Below are positions 49,128 to 60,815 of a stretch of 64,000 bases of DNA, piece after piece. The stretch is from positions 59,768,001 to 59,832,000 of the forward strand of contig OX638150.1 of NCBI GenBank assembly GCA_951804945.1, given 5' to 3'. Numbering within the stretch: the stretch's first letter is position 1; each line of letters opens with the position of its first letter. The notes below the pieces were generated by a model, which did no database searches, was not told the DNA's origin, and saw nothing but the letters and a program-made list of their open reading frames with translations. The position numbers were made by a program, and so were the translations under genes. This DNA comes from Podarcis cretensis (lineage: Eukaryota).

Positions 49128-52100
49128 TTAACATTCATACAGTTTACAATATTTTTGCAGGTAAAGCTTAAATTTTTTCCAGTCCTCTTCAACGATTTCT
49201 TCTCCCAGGTCTCGGATTCTGCCAGTCATCTCAGCCAGTTCCATGTAGTTCATCAGTTGCATCTGCCATTCTTCCAGTGTGGGTAGATCTTGGGTTTTCC
49301 AGTGTTTAGCAGTAAGTATCCTTGCTGCTGTTGTTGCATACATGAAAAAAGTTCGGTCTTTCTTTAACACCCCTTGGCCGACAATACCCAAAAGGAAGGC
49401 CTCTGGTTTCTTAAGGAAGGTATACTTAAATACCTTTTTCAGCTCATTATATATCATTTCCCAGAAGACCTTCACCCTAGGACAGGTCCACCAAAGGTGA
49501 AAGAACGTTCCTTCATTTTCCTTACATTTCCAACACTTATTATCAGACAAGTGGTATATTTTTGCAAGTTTGACTGGGGTCATGTACCATCTATATATCA
49601 TTTTCATTACATTTTCTTTCAGAGCATTACATGCAGTGAAATTCAACCCAGTAGTCCACAACTTTTCCCAGTCCTCAAACATAATATTATACCCTATGTC
49701 CTGTGCCCACTTTATTATAGCCGATTTAACCATTTCATCTTGTGTGTTCCATTTTAACAGCAAGTTGTACATTCTTGAAAGTACCTTGGTCTTAGGCTCT
49801 AGCAATTCCGTTTCTAATTTCAATTTTTCCACCTGGAATCCTAATTTTTTATCAAGTTTAAAAACTTCTTTAATCTGGGCGTAGTGTAACCAATCTCTCA
49901 CTTTATCTTTCATTTTCTCCTGACTCTGCAATTTCCAATTGTCTCCTTCTTTTTCTAATATTTCCCAATACTTTGGCCATTTGGCCTCCATATTGAGTCT
50001 TTTTCGGGCCTTAGCTTCCAATGGTGAAAGCCACCTTGGAGTTTTATTTTCCAATAAGTCTTTATATTTTGTCCAAACATTAAACACTGCCTTTCTGACA
50101 ATATGGTTCTTAAAAGCCTTATGAATCTTAGCCTTATCGTACCATAGATATGCATGCCAACCAAACGCATTGTTGAAACCTTCCAAATCCAATACATCAG
50201 TGTCCTCCAGAAGTAGCCAGTCTTTTAGCCAGCAGAAAGCTGCTGCTTCATAATACAGCCTTAAGTCTGGCAGGGCAAAGCCCCCTCTTTCTTTCACATC
50301 AGTTAGTATCTTAAACTTGATTCTGGGCTTTTTGCCCTGCCAGACAAATTTGGAAATATCTCTCTGCCACTTCTGGAAGCATTCTGTTTTATCCACAATC
50401 TGTAATGTTTGAAACAAAAACAACATTTTTGGCAATACATTCATCTTTACAGCGGCGATTCGGCCTAACAAAGAAAGTTTCAATCTTGTCCAACTTTCTA
50501 GATCTCTCTTAATTTCTGACCAGCATTTCTCATAATTATCCTTAAACAGATTTAGATTTTTTGATGTTATATTTACCCCTAGGTATTTCACTTTTTTAAC
50601 CACATTTAACTCTGTCTCTTTCTGAAACCATTCTGACTCTGTATCTGTCAAGTTCTTTCCCAATACTTTAGTTTTCTGTTTGTTTAATTTAAATCCCGCC
50701 ACCCGGCCAAATTCTTGGATCAATTGTAATGCTTTTTTTGTACTTGGCTCTGGCTCCTGTAGGGTCAAAACTAGGTCATCTGCGAACGCTTTCAATTTGT
50801 ATTGTTTCTCTCCGACCTGAATTCCTTCAACCATCCGGTCCCCCCTAATCATGTTCAAGAGCACCTCCAAGACCGAAATGAATAACAATGGGGAGATAGG
50901 ACAGCCTTGTCGTGTTCCCTTTTCAATTTTAAACTCTTCCGTAATCACATTGTTAACTATCAGTTTAGCCTTTTGTTCTGAATAGATTGCCTCTATCCCA
51001 TTTTCAAAGCCCCGTCCCACTCCCATTCCTTCCAGATTTTTCTTCATAAATTTCCAAGAAATGTTATCAAAGGCCTTCTCCGCATCTATAAAAATTAAGA
51101 CTGCTTTTGTATTAATATTTGTTTGTAAAAGTTCCAAAATGTCAATAATATTCCTTGTATTAGCAAACAAATGTCTGCCAGGGAGAAAGCCAGCTTGGTC
51201 CTTATGAATTACTTCATTTAACACTTTCTTAAATCTAGTTGCTAATATGTCTGCAAATATTTTATAATCCACATTTAAACGGGAGATGGGGCGGTAGTTT
51301 TTAAGTTGTGTCTTTTCAGTTTCTGATTTTGGTATCAATGTGATAAAAGCTTCTTTCCACGTTTCCGGCGCCTTCTTCCCCTCCATAATTTCATTGCTGA
51401 CCTCCATCAGTGGTTGTATCAAGTAATCTTTCAATGTCTTATAGTACTTGGAGGTCAGCCCATCTGGCCCTGGAGATTTGCCCAATTGCATGTTCTGAAT
51501 GGCTTGTTCCATCTCTTGTCGTGTTATTCTGCTATTCAGGATTGATCTATTTTCTTGTGACACTTTTGGCAGCCCATTCTTTATCAGAAATTGTTCTATC
51601 TGTGCCTCATTTTGCGGACCTTGAGTATATAGTTGTTTAAAATACCTCTGAAAGCACTTTCTGATCTCCATGGGGTTCTGAACATTTTTCCCTTCAATCT
51701 CTAAATTGGTAACTGTATTCATTTTCTGTCTCCTTTTCAACTGCCATGCTAGCAGTTTCCCACATTTATTTGCCGATTCAAATGTTTTTTGTTTCATTAA
51801 TTTAATTCTCCATTCTATTTCCTGGTTCATCAATTTAGAATATTGTGCTTGGTATAATTTAATTTCTCTCAGAATCGGCTGTGACTTCGGGTTTGATCTT
51901 AATTTCTTCTCCAGTTCTTTAATTTTCTCCAAAATCTTGTCTTTTTTCTCATTTTGTGCCCTTTTCTTTACAGCATTCTGTTGTATCAAGAACCCCCTCA
52001 TCACTGCTTTACTTGCGTCCCAGATAGTTGTTTTTTTCCACTGAAGTGTTCAAATTTATCTCAAAATAGTGCTTCAAAACTTTTTGGGCTTTTTTAACAA

Positions 52101-52870
52101 TCTCCTGATCTCTGAACAAATTGTCATTCATCTTCCACCTAAAGGAGCCGGATGGTAGTAGTGTCATATCCATCTTTACAGCATTGTGGTCGGAAGAGGG
52201 TTTTTGGGCAGATTTCCACCTTTCTGGTCTTCGGTGCCAGGCCTCTAGATATCCATATTTGGTCTATTCTTGTCCATGTCAGCTGGGCTTCAGAAAAGAA
52301 CGTTCCTTCTCTTCCCAAGGGGTTTTTTGTCCTCCAAATGTCAATCAAGTCCATATTGTCAGTCAGTTGAAAAAAAGTCTTAGGTAGTCTGCCATCTTTT
52401 GATATATTTTGATTTTGTGACTTATCCATGTTGGTTGATACCACTCCATTCATATCTCCCATCATGATGATGTTATCATAGTCCAGATAGTCCAGGACGC
52501 TCTCATGCAACTTCTTGTAAAATTCTGATTTCCCCTCATTCGGTGCATAAATTCCTAATATCAAAAATTTCTCTCCTTGATGTTGTATCTCAATTGCCAC
52601 AATTCTTCCTTGTTCATCTTTGAATAAGAGTTTAGGTGCCAGGCTCTCCTTTGCATAAATCACCACTCCTCTCTTCTTTACTTTGTCCGAAGAGATAAAT
52701 TCTTGGCCTAATCTTTTGTTAATTAACACTTTCCTATGGAGCCTGGTCACATGTGTATCTTGCAAATAGATAATGTCCAATTGTTCCTTTTTTAATATAT
52801 GAAATATCTTCCTCCTTTTTTCCGGGGAGTTACAACCATGAATATTCCAGCTCAAAAGTTGCAGAGACAT
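49128..52870 (-). pseudogene. L1 ORF2 (APE endonuclease, reverse transcriptase, CCHC), disrupted by two +1 frameshifts
   Basis: EN motifs SWNIHG, IYAPN, GDMN, RIDQIW and SDH; RT motifs KSPGPDG, GTRQGCPISP and FADD; C-terminal CWKC..H....C. Extra bases at ~52195 and in the T7 run 52031-52037; removing both gives 1246 aa. Confidence 0.9.
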
Positions 52871-52884
52871 CCTGGATAAATCTG

Positions 52885-53937
52885 TTATTGTTCTGGTGGT
52901 GGTGTCTTTTTTTCTGGGTCTCCAGGTTCTGGGGGTGAAGGTACAGCCGATGCTCCAGGCCCAAAGGGTGTTTCAATTCCTTTCTGAAGGTCCTCTCCGT
53001 GAACAATCAATAATTTGTCTCTGTCCTCAAGTGTTTTGATTTTAACCTTCTTCCCTCTGAAAGTGAAAGATAATCCCTGGGGAAATTCCCACCTAAAGAT
53101 GATTGAATTACTCCTTAACAATCCAACCAGTTCAAGGTAGGCGGATCTAAGATCCAACAGTTGTTTCGGGATATCTTTGTAAATTTCAGCCCTTTTATCC
53201 AAAATGTCCAGTGACTTTTCGTAGTGTAAGCCTAATATCTTGTCCCTTTCCTCCTTTGATCTCAAAATTATCAAGCAGTCTCTGGGCTTGTCTTTTCTTG
53301 CAAATTTTCCAAGTCTAAAAGCCGATATAATTCTAAAGTCCTTTTCCTCTTGGATAGGCCAGAACTTGGTAAATTCTTTGGTCAGGAACTCAGCTAAGTT
53401 ACCTTCTTCAACCTCTGGTATTGACCTTAATCTTAAATTACTTTCCCGATTCCGCAATTCTAGCATGGACAGATACGTCTGGTGCCCTTCGACTTGTTTG
53501 CAGAATGGTTTTACCTCTTGTTCTAAATTTTCAACTTTTTGGCTGGTTGCCTCAGCTAATTTGCGATTTTCAATAGTGGCCTCAGTTAATTCTCCAATTG
53601 CTTGTACATTCTGTGCTACCTGTCCAGTTATTTTATTTAGACAGGCTGTGTTTTGATCTATTTTAGCTGTTTGTTCATCAGCTTTCTTGTCCAAAGATTC
53701 CACTCTCTTGTCCAAAGATTCCAATTTTTCATATATTTTCTCTAAAATTGCAGCAGTTGCTCCTGTGGCCATATCTTCCAATTGTAGCTGCTCTGTTCCT
53801 TCTTCCAACGGCAGCACAGGCACACTTTCTTGTCCCCCTGCTGAGGGCAAAGTAGGTACAGAAGATCTACGTGTCTGTAAAGCTGAGGTTAGGGTTGTTT
53901 GTCTAGTTCTTGGTCCTCTTCTTCTTGTACCGCTCAT
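52885..53937 (-). CDS. L1 ORF1 protein (coiled coil plus RRM/CTD), 350 aa, intact
   Basis: Heptad-rich coiled coil (LEKIYEKLESLDKRVESLDKK) followed by RNRESNLRLRSIPE, the typical start of the L1 ORF1 RRM. Ends 14 nt upstream of the ORF2 ATG. Confidence 0.88.
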   Translation of the reverse strand: MSGTRRRGPRTRQTTLTSALQTRRSSVPTLPSAGGQESVPVLPLEEGTEQLQLEDMATGATAAILEKIYEKLESLDKRVESLDKKADEQTAKIDQNTACLNKITGQVAQNVQAIGELTEATIENRKLAEATSQKVENLEQEVKPFCKQVEGHQTYLSMLELRNRESNLRLRSIPEVEEGNLAEFLTKEFTKFWPIQEEKDFRIISAFRLGKFARKDKPRDCLIILRSKEERDKILGLHYEKSLDILDKRAEIYKDIPKQLLDLRSAYLELVGLLRSNSIIFRWEFPQGLSFTFRGKKVKIKTLEDRDKLLIVHGEDLQKGIETPFGPGASAVPSPPEPGDPEKKTPPPEQ

Positions 53938-56884
53938 TCCAAGTTTATCTCTGAGTCAAGGTCAAATTCAGATGTTCCCATGGGAATACAGCAGCCCCAG
54001 AGCACCGTCGAATAGGAGGAAAGGAAAGAGAAAGTAAAATAGTGTCACTGCTGTAAGCCCAAAATCCTCTAGGGGGGGCTTCAAATTTCTTATTGAGAGA
54101 AGCCGGAACAAAAATAAAAATAAACAGGCTAATAAAGTTCAGTTTATCCAAAGACCTTCTGTAGTTAAAATTTAGCAGAGTTGGTGTTAACAGTGTTACA
54201 GTGATTCTGACAAGTACCGGCTGATGATTCAAAGTAGCAAGTTCAAATGCCCTAGATTGTTGCAAGTCCAGTTTTAAAGTAGCTAAGTCTGCAAACTGAC
54301 AGCTCTGTTCCTGGCAGCCCAAGTATCTGGGCTTCACAGTCAATAAATTGTAATCCAAAAGAAGAGGATAAACACAGTCCATATAAAGAGTAAATCATGT
54401 AGTTAACTTGTGCCCTTTCTTTACGTAAAAACAATTTCAATGGGTGCTCAAAACAGTCTATTTAAAAGCCTCTTTAACGACTCCACCTCCAGCTCTTTTG
54501 CTTTGAAGTTTAAATAGCAGTGGAAGACGGACTTCCTGTTCTCCTCGCTCCGCTTTTAGCCAAATTTCCTCAATTTTAGGTTCAAATTGTAAAGGTCCTT
54601 TCTTACTCACGGGTTGTTGCCTTCTAATTCGAAAATTTTTCAGGAAGAAAGGTCAGCGCTCACCGACAGCAGCTGCGCGGCTTCGTTCCGCAGAATAGCG
54701 ATTGACTCACAGCGCCGCAACCCCCTCTACGATCAGAAGCTCCTTACGGGGTCTCCTCTCCGTTTTAGGGGCCGCTTCTGGCACCCGCCGAGTCCCACGT
54801 CCTCAGGCTCTTGCTGCCTGAGGTTTTTCGGTGCGGGTCTCCGCTTTGCCGTAGCGGACGACCCGTTTCTGCGGAGCTTCCTCCTCAGCAAGCAAGGAGG
54901 ACCGCCATTGTCGTTCGCGCCGCCTCCGGAAGTCCATCTTGACGACTTCTATCTAAGTAGTGTGGTTCATTATTAACCCATCAAGGATATGTTGATTTTG
55001 CAGTGTCCCAAGCACAGCGGAATGATGAGGAGTACGTGCCACATACTCTATATTACTTTATTTACACTTCAAAGCTGGTAGATTACAGAAAAACATCTTG
55101 CCTATGCCGGAGCAGAGAAAGCATCCTCTCTCCTCTAAAGCACAGAGAGAACACAGTGAGAACAGTGAAAAACAGGAAACCAGTGTACGTCACATCCAGT
55201 CTCCTTTCCCGTGGGAAAACCCAACAGCACAGACTGTGGAATGTAAACACCTGTCTCGTGACAAGCACTTCGCTGCACAGTGAAGAGAGCAGAAAACCAA
55301 CAGGATAATGCCCACTAGCATTTTTTAAAACAACAACAACACCCACCCACCCACCCACAAATTAACTTAAAAACAAGGAAACAACTGGATGAAATTAAAT
55401 ACACAACTATCAAGGGCAAGTAGTTCTGATAGCCAGAAATGCTCCTTCTATGTCATAGATCAGGTATTTGGAATTGACATTGCTCGTTTCCTGCCTTTCT
55501 TCCAAGGAGTTTAGGGGAGCATTTTATCCTCCTAACAGTTTGGTGGTGCAGGCTAGGCTGAGAGATAATGATTGCCCAAAGCCAACAAGTAAGCTTTGTA
55601 GCTAAGGGAAGATTTCAATATGGGCTTCCCACATCCTATCCCAGCACTGTATCATTGTTAACACAGGGACTAGATTCTGTATCTTGGTTAGATCCTGCGT
55701 TAACCACTGTTTTATCATCACCTTTCCTCACTCATAGTCACCCACACACTTACTCGGTAGTATAAGATTCATTTCACTTTGTTGTTGTCCCATCATGTTG
55801 TGGTGTTGTGTGTGAATATCCCAAACAGATGGGTGGAACTGGTCACTTGAATGCCGACTTTTTAATATGAAATACCAATGCAGTCAGCTCAGTCCACATC
55901 ATTGCTTCATTTTTGCTCTTTCCTTCTTTCTCACACACGTCACTATGAGATTCCTATCACAGGGTGAAGGGGAAAGAAAAGCACTCCTCATGCAAGTAGC
56001 TCATCCTTCTATTGTTTTGCCCCCTGTGGTTACTTGAAGGAAAGGCCCTTTTCACATTACTTGGTGTTTTTCATCGTTATCATCAGTCAGCTTATTCACA
56101 AGCAATGCTAAGCCAAAACCATAGCTTGGTGCAAATGCGTGTGTGCAGGATCCCATAGAGAGCTGCTTTGCTCCTCTGGTCCTGCTGTTGTGATGTAAAG
56201 CCATGGTGTGTTATCTGAGCCAAAGTTTATGGTTTGTCGCATTCCCCACAAACCATGGGCTGTTGCCAGGATTTGCCTTTGAGTTTACAATGGCCAAGAT
56301 CTCCTCTCTGGGAACCTTCACACTTTTGCATTTGTGTCAAGCCGCACAGAAGCCTTCTCCACCCCCAGTCTGTCTCTGTCTCTGTCTCTGTGTAAACTGT
56401 TCCCCATGAGCGTCCTTCTATCCATGAGTGATGAACTTTGATGCAGGAAGGTAGCAGGCAGGCTCTCTTCCAAGCCCCTGTCAATCAGCTGTCCTCCATA
56501 TCCTTTTCCTCATCAAAACTGAAGTAGAGTTAATTTAAATTGGATGAAAATTTCTTCCTAAGTTATAACTCACATTCACTCACACACTCACTCAGGGGAT
56601 CACTTGCCCTAGTGGAAATATACAAAGTTCGAACGCATTCAAAGGAAGGGTGCAATAGAGGTGGAGGAAATCTAACCTGGCTTAGTGAAGAGAAAGGTCT
56701 TTCACATTTCAGCTTCATTTATGATTTATATTCTGATCTCATGGAAATTTAAACTGTGGGGGTAATGATTCCTTCTTTATAAATACAGTGCTTCTTTTAG
56801 GACTTATTATTTACAAGACGTCTTTGAATGCCAGGGTATGTATAGGGAACTCAATATATATATTTTTCTCTCCTTTACCTGTAG

Positions 56885-56983
56885 TCCCAATGTGTGTGCT
56901 GTGCTGAAGCTCATGGGAACAAACCAGAAATACTTGCCAAACTGCAGAATGTGGTACCATAGGAAAATCTGCGGCAAATCAAC
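56885..56983 (+). CDS. TGFBI: TGFBI coding exon 2 (EMI/Cys-rich domain)
   Basis: Acceptor CCTGTAG|, 99 nt encoding (G)[33 protein letters not shown], donor AC|GTAAGT. Phase fits exon 1. Exon 3 was not seen, so the gene presumably continues beyond the window. Confidence 0.93.
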
Positions 56984-59900
56984 GTAAGTACTTGAGTAGT
57001 TTGAAGAAAATACAGTGCTGTGAAGCAGATGGATCTCTGTTGGTTTTGGGGTGCTGTGCGGCAGGTGTCCGGTGTTTCTTGTTACCACCAGGCCAAACAT
57101 AGTTTGCCAGCTTCACAGCTGCCCTGTTTTCATAGTACCAGACGTGCTGTAAAAGCAAGAGGTCTATCAAGCCCCTGAGAAGCACAAGTCACTTTGGGGT
57201 TTCCTTTCTCAGAAATCTGCAGCAAACCATAGTGTGCCATTTCCAACTCAGGTCTACAAACCAGATTTTGACTTTGATTTGCTATCCTGCTTGCAGGATA
57301 AACCAAGATCGGAGGAAGTCAATCGCACGAATGGCAGCACATTATCCTAAATTCTCCCTTTCCCCTTGGGAAGGGTCATTGCTCAGTAGTAAAATGCATG
57401 CTTTGCATACAGGAGGTCCCAGGTTCAAATTCCAACTATCTGCCCCTAAGACTGAGAAAGCCCCCTGTCTAGGGAATTGAAGCCTGTCAATGTATACCAT
57501 ATTGGATTAGAGTGGCCATGCTTCAAGTAAGTCAGTTTCCTAACACTGGTTTACTTCCAGTGTCATTTCTGATCCACCCTTATATAAGAACATAATCTGA
57601 ATCAGGCCAGTGTCCCATCTAGCCCTGCATCTTGTTCTCACAACTAGATGCCTCTGAGAAATCCAAAAGCAGGATTGAGCACAACAGCACTCTTATTTTC
57701 CTGTGGTTTCCAGCAACTGGTACTGCCTCTGGTGCCCCTAAATCATTGCTTTGCAAGTTTTAGGGACCTTCTTAAAACCTGCTTTGTGTCTTTAAATTGC
57801 TGCTCTGACCTGCATCTTCCTGAAAGATGGTGATTATGTGACTCCTTCTGGCAGAATAACAGAATTCCAAATTTGCAAATCAATTTGTACGCCTGGTCAT
57901 TCATCTCCTAAAATAAACAGTCCTTAGATAATGTTGTCTCAATAATGTTCTGTTGACATAAAAATATTTTCTGGGGAAAACATGCAGCCACATATGAGAA
58001 GCCTTTCTCAGAGTGTGGGCATCTACACTACTGGATGTGCAAGGTATCCATTTTTATGTAGTATTTTGAATTCCTGGAGCCTCTTGAGTCTGGAAAGAGC
58101 TAGTGAGAATGGGGAATGGATGTGGTTGTTGTCAGAGGCAAGTTAGTGGACTGGATAGATTACTATTTGCTCTTAACTAAACTTGAGTTTCCTAGTAATT
58201 CATAGCACCTCCATGTAAATCAGACACAAGATTTATCATGATAATCCCTTTTCCTGGGATTATCTCTTTTACTGCATAGCACAGTGGTCTCTTCTCTTCT
58301 TTTGAATTTATTGATGGTAAACTGAGGGGTGCTTTCTGGGGAGATCATTTCCTTGTAGAGAAAATGATTCACACTGTCATGTATGAAAGACATTGCAAGC
58401 CTGTTTTGTCATAATTACATGGGTTTGTGTAGATCAAGCGTATGCAAAACTATCCGGCCTTTGTTTGCAGCCCCTTCAGTCGCACGAGGAAGACTTTCAA
58501 ATCAGTCCGATGCCTGTCCCTGCAGATGCTAGCATTCAATAGACCTTGCATAAAGCACCCTAGGAAAGTGGCCTCAACACGTCCTCTTGGAAGGGGCAGT
58601 CTGCACCTAATTATGAATGTGTGCAGTGCTGGCTGGCTGCCAGGTATGAGTTGAAGCCTGCTAGTCTTCCAGGAAAGGTGTAACCTCCACGGGGTCACAC
58701 AAGCTCCAGGAAAAAATGAAATTTGGGGAGAGTGGGCGGAGGGCGGAATGAAACAGTCTTTTTAAAGTTCAAGGAAGACTCCAGACAGCTAAATTCACTT
58801 GAATGACTGTTACGTTTGTCAGCAGTAACAGTAAGTGTAATTTTCTAGATATGCTTAGACAAATGCAGTAATGAGAGCAACAATTTTCCAGGGAAACAGA
58901 AGTGGGTCAGTGAAAGTTATGTGACCAAGTATCTCCTTAGAGGTGGAAAATGACATTGTCTCACAGCATTTTAAAAACTCAGTATCATATGGTGAAAATT
59001 AAAGGCACAGAGTATTTCTCAGGGAAAGGGTGAAAACTCTATCCCTCACCCCACCCCACCCACTTTTTTTTAACTAGGATTTTTACCCCAATGCAGACTT
59101 AGGACCAATTTGAATGTTACCATAACAGTGTGCTTGCTATTTCTGCATAGTTGGAAACAGGGCCAGCCTAAAATGGAGCAGAAAATATGGCTGCTCCCTC
59201 CACCAGTCAAGGTGCACAGTACCCAAGTCTGGTAAAATTATTTTGAAATCAAATTATGTTGATACAGGAAACCTCACAAGCACCTCTCTCCTTCCCTGGC
59301 AGTAAAAATACAAGAGCAATAAATTAAATAAACTATCTATTTGCTGTCCTTCCATGAAACCTTCAAATCTTCTACTTGAGGTGCTTACCTCACTCTGTCA
59401 TGTGGTTGGGCCAGTCCCAAAGTTCATTGCTGGTGTGGATATTTAGCTTGCAATCCAGCCAAACTTTGTGGATATTAAATATGCAATTCAGCCAACCACT
59501 GTGGAGAGCAGAATCCAGTAACTAGAGTAAGCAAGAAGGAAACATTCTCTGTGAACGGAAGTGGGAAGGCTATACTTTCAACCAATGGCATTAAAATTAA
59601 AAACGTAGAGCAATTTCAAGCAGGCCAGCCACCAACCTAGAGCTGGACTGAGGAATAGAAGAACAGTCAAACAGTATGTGAATAGATACAGTGCTCAATC
59701 TAGCATAGCATTAGGCTTTCATAAGCTCTTCTGTTTCAATGGGCTTAAGCAGACCTAACTTCTTGTTGGGTCTAGGCTGTAGGAAATGATTTCTTGATGG
59801 GATTGTCAAGCAGTACAAGGTACCAGATCTTTATGGTGCTCAAATAGAACTATACTGCTTACAAAAGGAAAGTTGGAATCTGTTTACACTTTTTAAAGTT

Positions 59901-60763
59901 TTGGGGTGATACATAACAGCTCCCCCTCTTGTTCTCCATACCGTCCTATTATCCATGTCTTGCAGTAATCATGACTCTAGGTTGGTGCAACAGCAGATGG
60001 CAAAGGAGGTTGGGCAACATGCTGGATGGAGCGACTTGCAATGGTTCCATCTCCCACTGTATTGAGACAAATGCAAGAACTCAGGGACATGACCTGGCAA
60101 TGCTGGGAACTCCCATCAAGCCAAGATAGCAGCCATATTACTGTTTACATGACCACTGATTCCATAATGATGAACATGTGAGTCAGCCATCCCTTATCTT
60201 GCCAGGGACTGTTTTGTTTCTCACATGTATAAACAAATCAGAAATTGGAGTGAGTTTGGGAACTTGATTAAGAAGTCCCTCTCTGAACTTTCCTTTGTTG
60301 ACTGTTGAGTTGGAAATCCAAAAGGCATAATGTTATGCTTGATAGGATTTCAGTACTGTTTCTTGAAGATGGCCTTCAAAACATGAACTCTTTTACTAAG
60401 TGAGCCTTAGGAAGTAGCCCTGAAACTATTAATAAAAAAGGGTTATGGAATGCAACAGGTAGAAACACGACAAAAGAAATCTGTTTTTGTGCAGAGTGTA
60501 TGTTTTCCTTTCTCCCTCAAGCTTTGCCCTTCCCCAAGTTCCCTGCACCGTCAGTCTATCTTGCATTTTTGGTGTATCCCTGGTCCTTTAGTCAGCACAG
60601 TTTGTGGTTTCTCACTTCCTCTATTAAGCCAGATCGCAGATGGGATCATATGTCCATTTACAGCAAGAGCGAGGTGGGAGGGGGGCTCTAATCTAATGGG
60701 TATATATGATATACCCATTAGCATGCAAATAGTCATGTAAACAGAACTTTAATATCAGCTGCC

Positions 60764-60815
60764 GTGTGTGTGTGTGTGTGTGTGTGTGTCTGAGAGAGAG
60801 AGAGAGAGAGAGAGA
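60764..60815. repeat. Compound (GT)n(GA)n microsatellite in TGFBI intron 2
   Basis: Read directly. Confidence 0.95.

Larger units (their letters stand above)
48769..54934 (-). mobile_element. Full-length L1-clade LINE (6166 bp), antisense in TGFBI intron 1
   Basis: 16-bp TSD CATCTTGACGACTTCT at 48753-48768 and 54935-54950. Poly(A) tail with AATAAA. CpG-rich 5'UTR of about 1 kb starting GACTTCCGG, with an AATGGCGG YY1-like motif. Carries ORF1 and ORF2. Confidence 0.96.

Noticed and set aside
54614-54976. Antisense ORF in the L1 5'UTR (ORF0-like)
   Set aside because: No ATG start, it runs past the element boundary, and GC richness explains it.
58600-58650. Possible TGFBI exon 3 (TATGAATG...CCAGGTATGAG)
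   Set aside because: It does not encode YECCPGY in frame and has no suitable acceptor.
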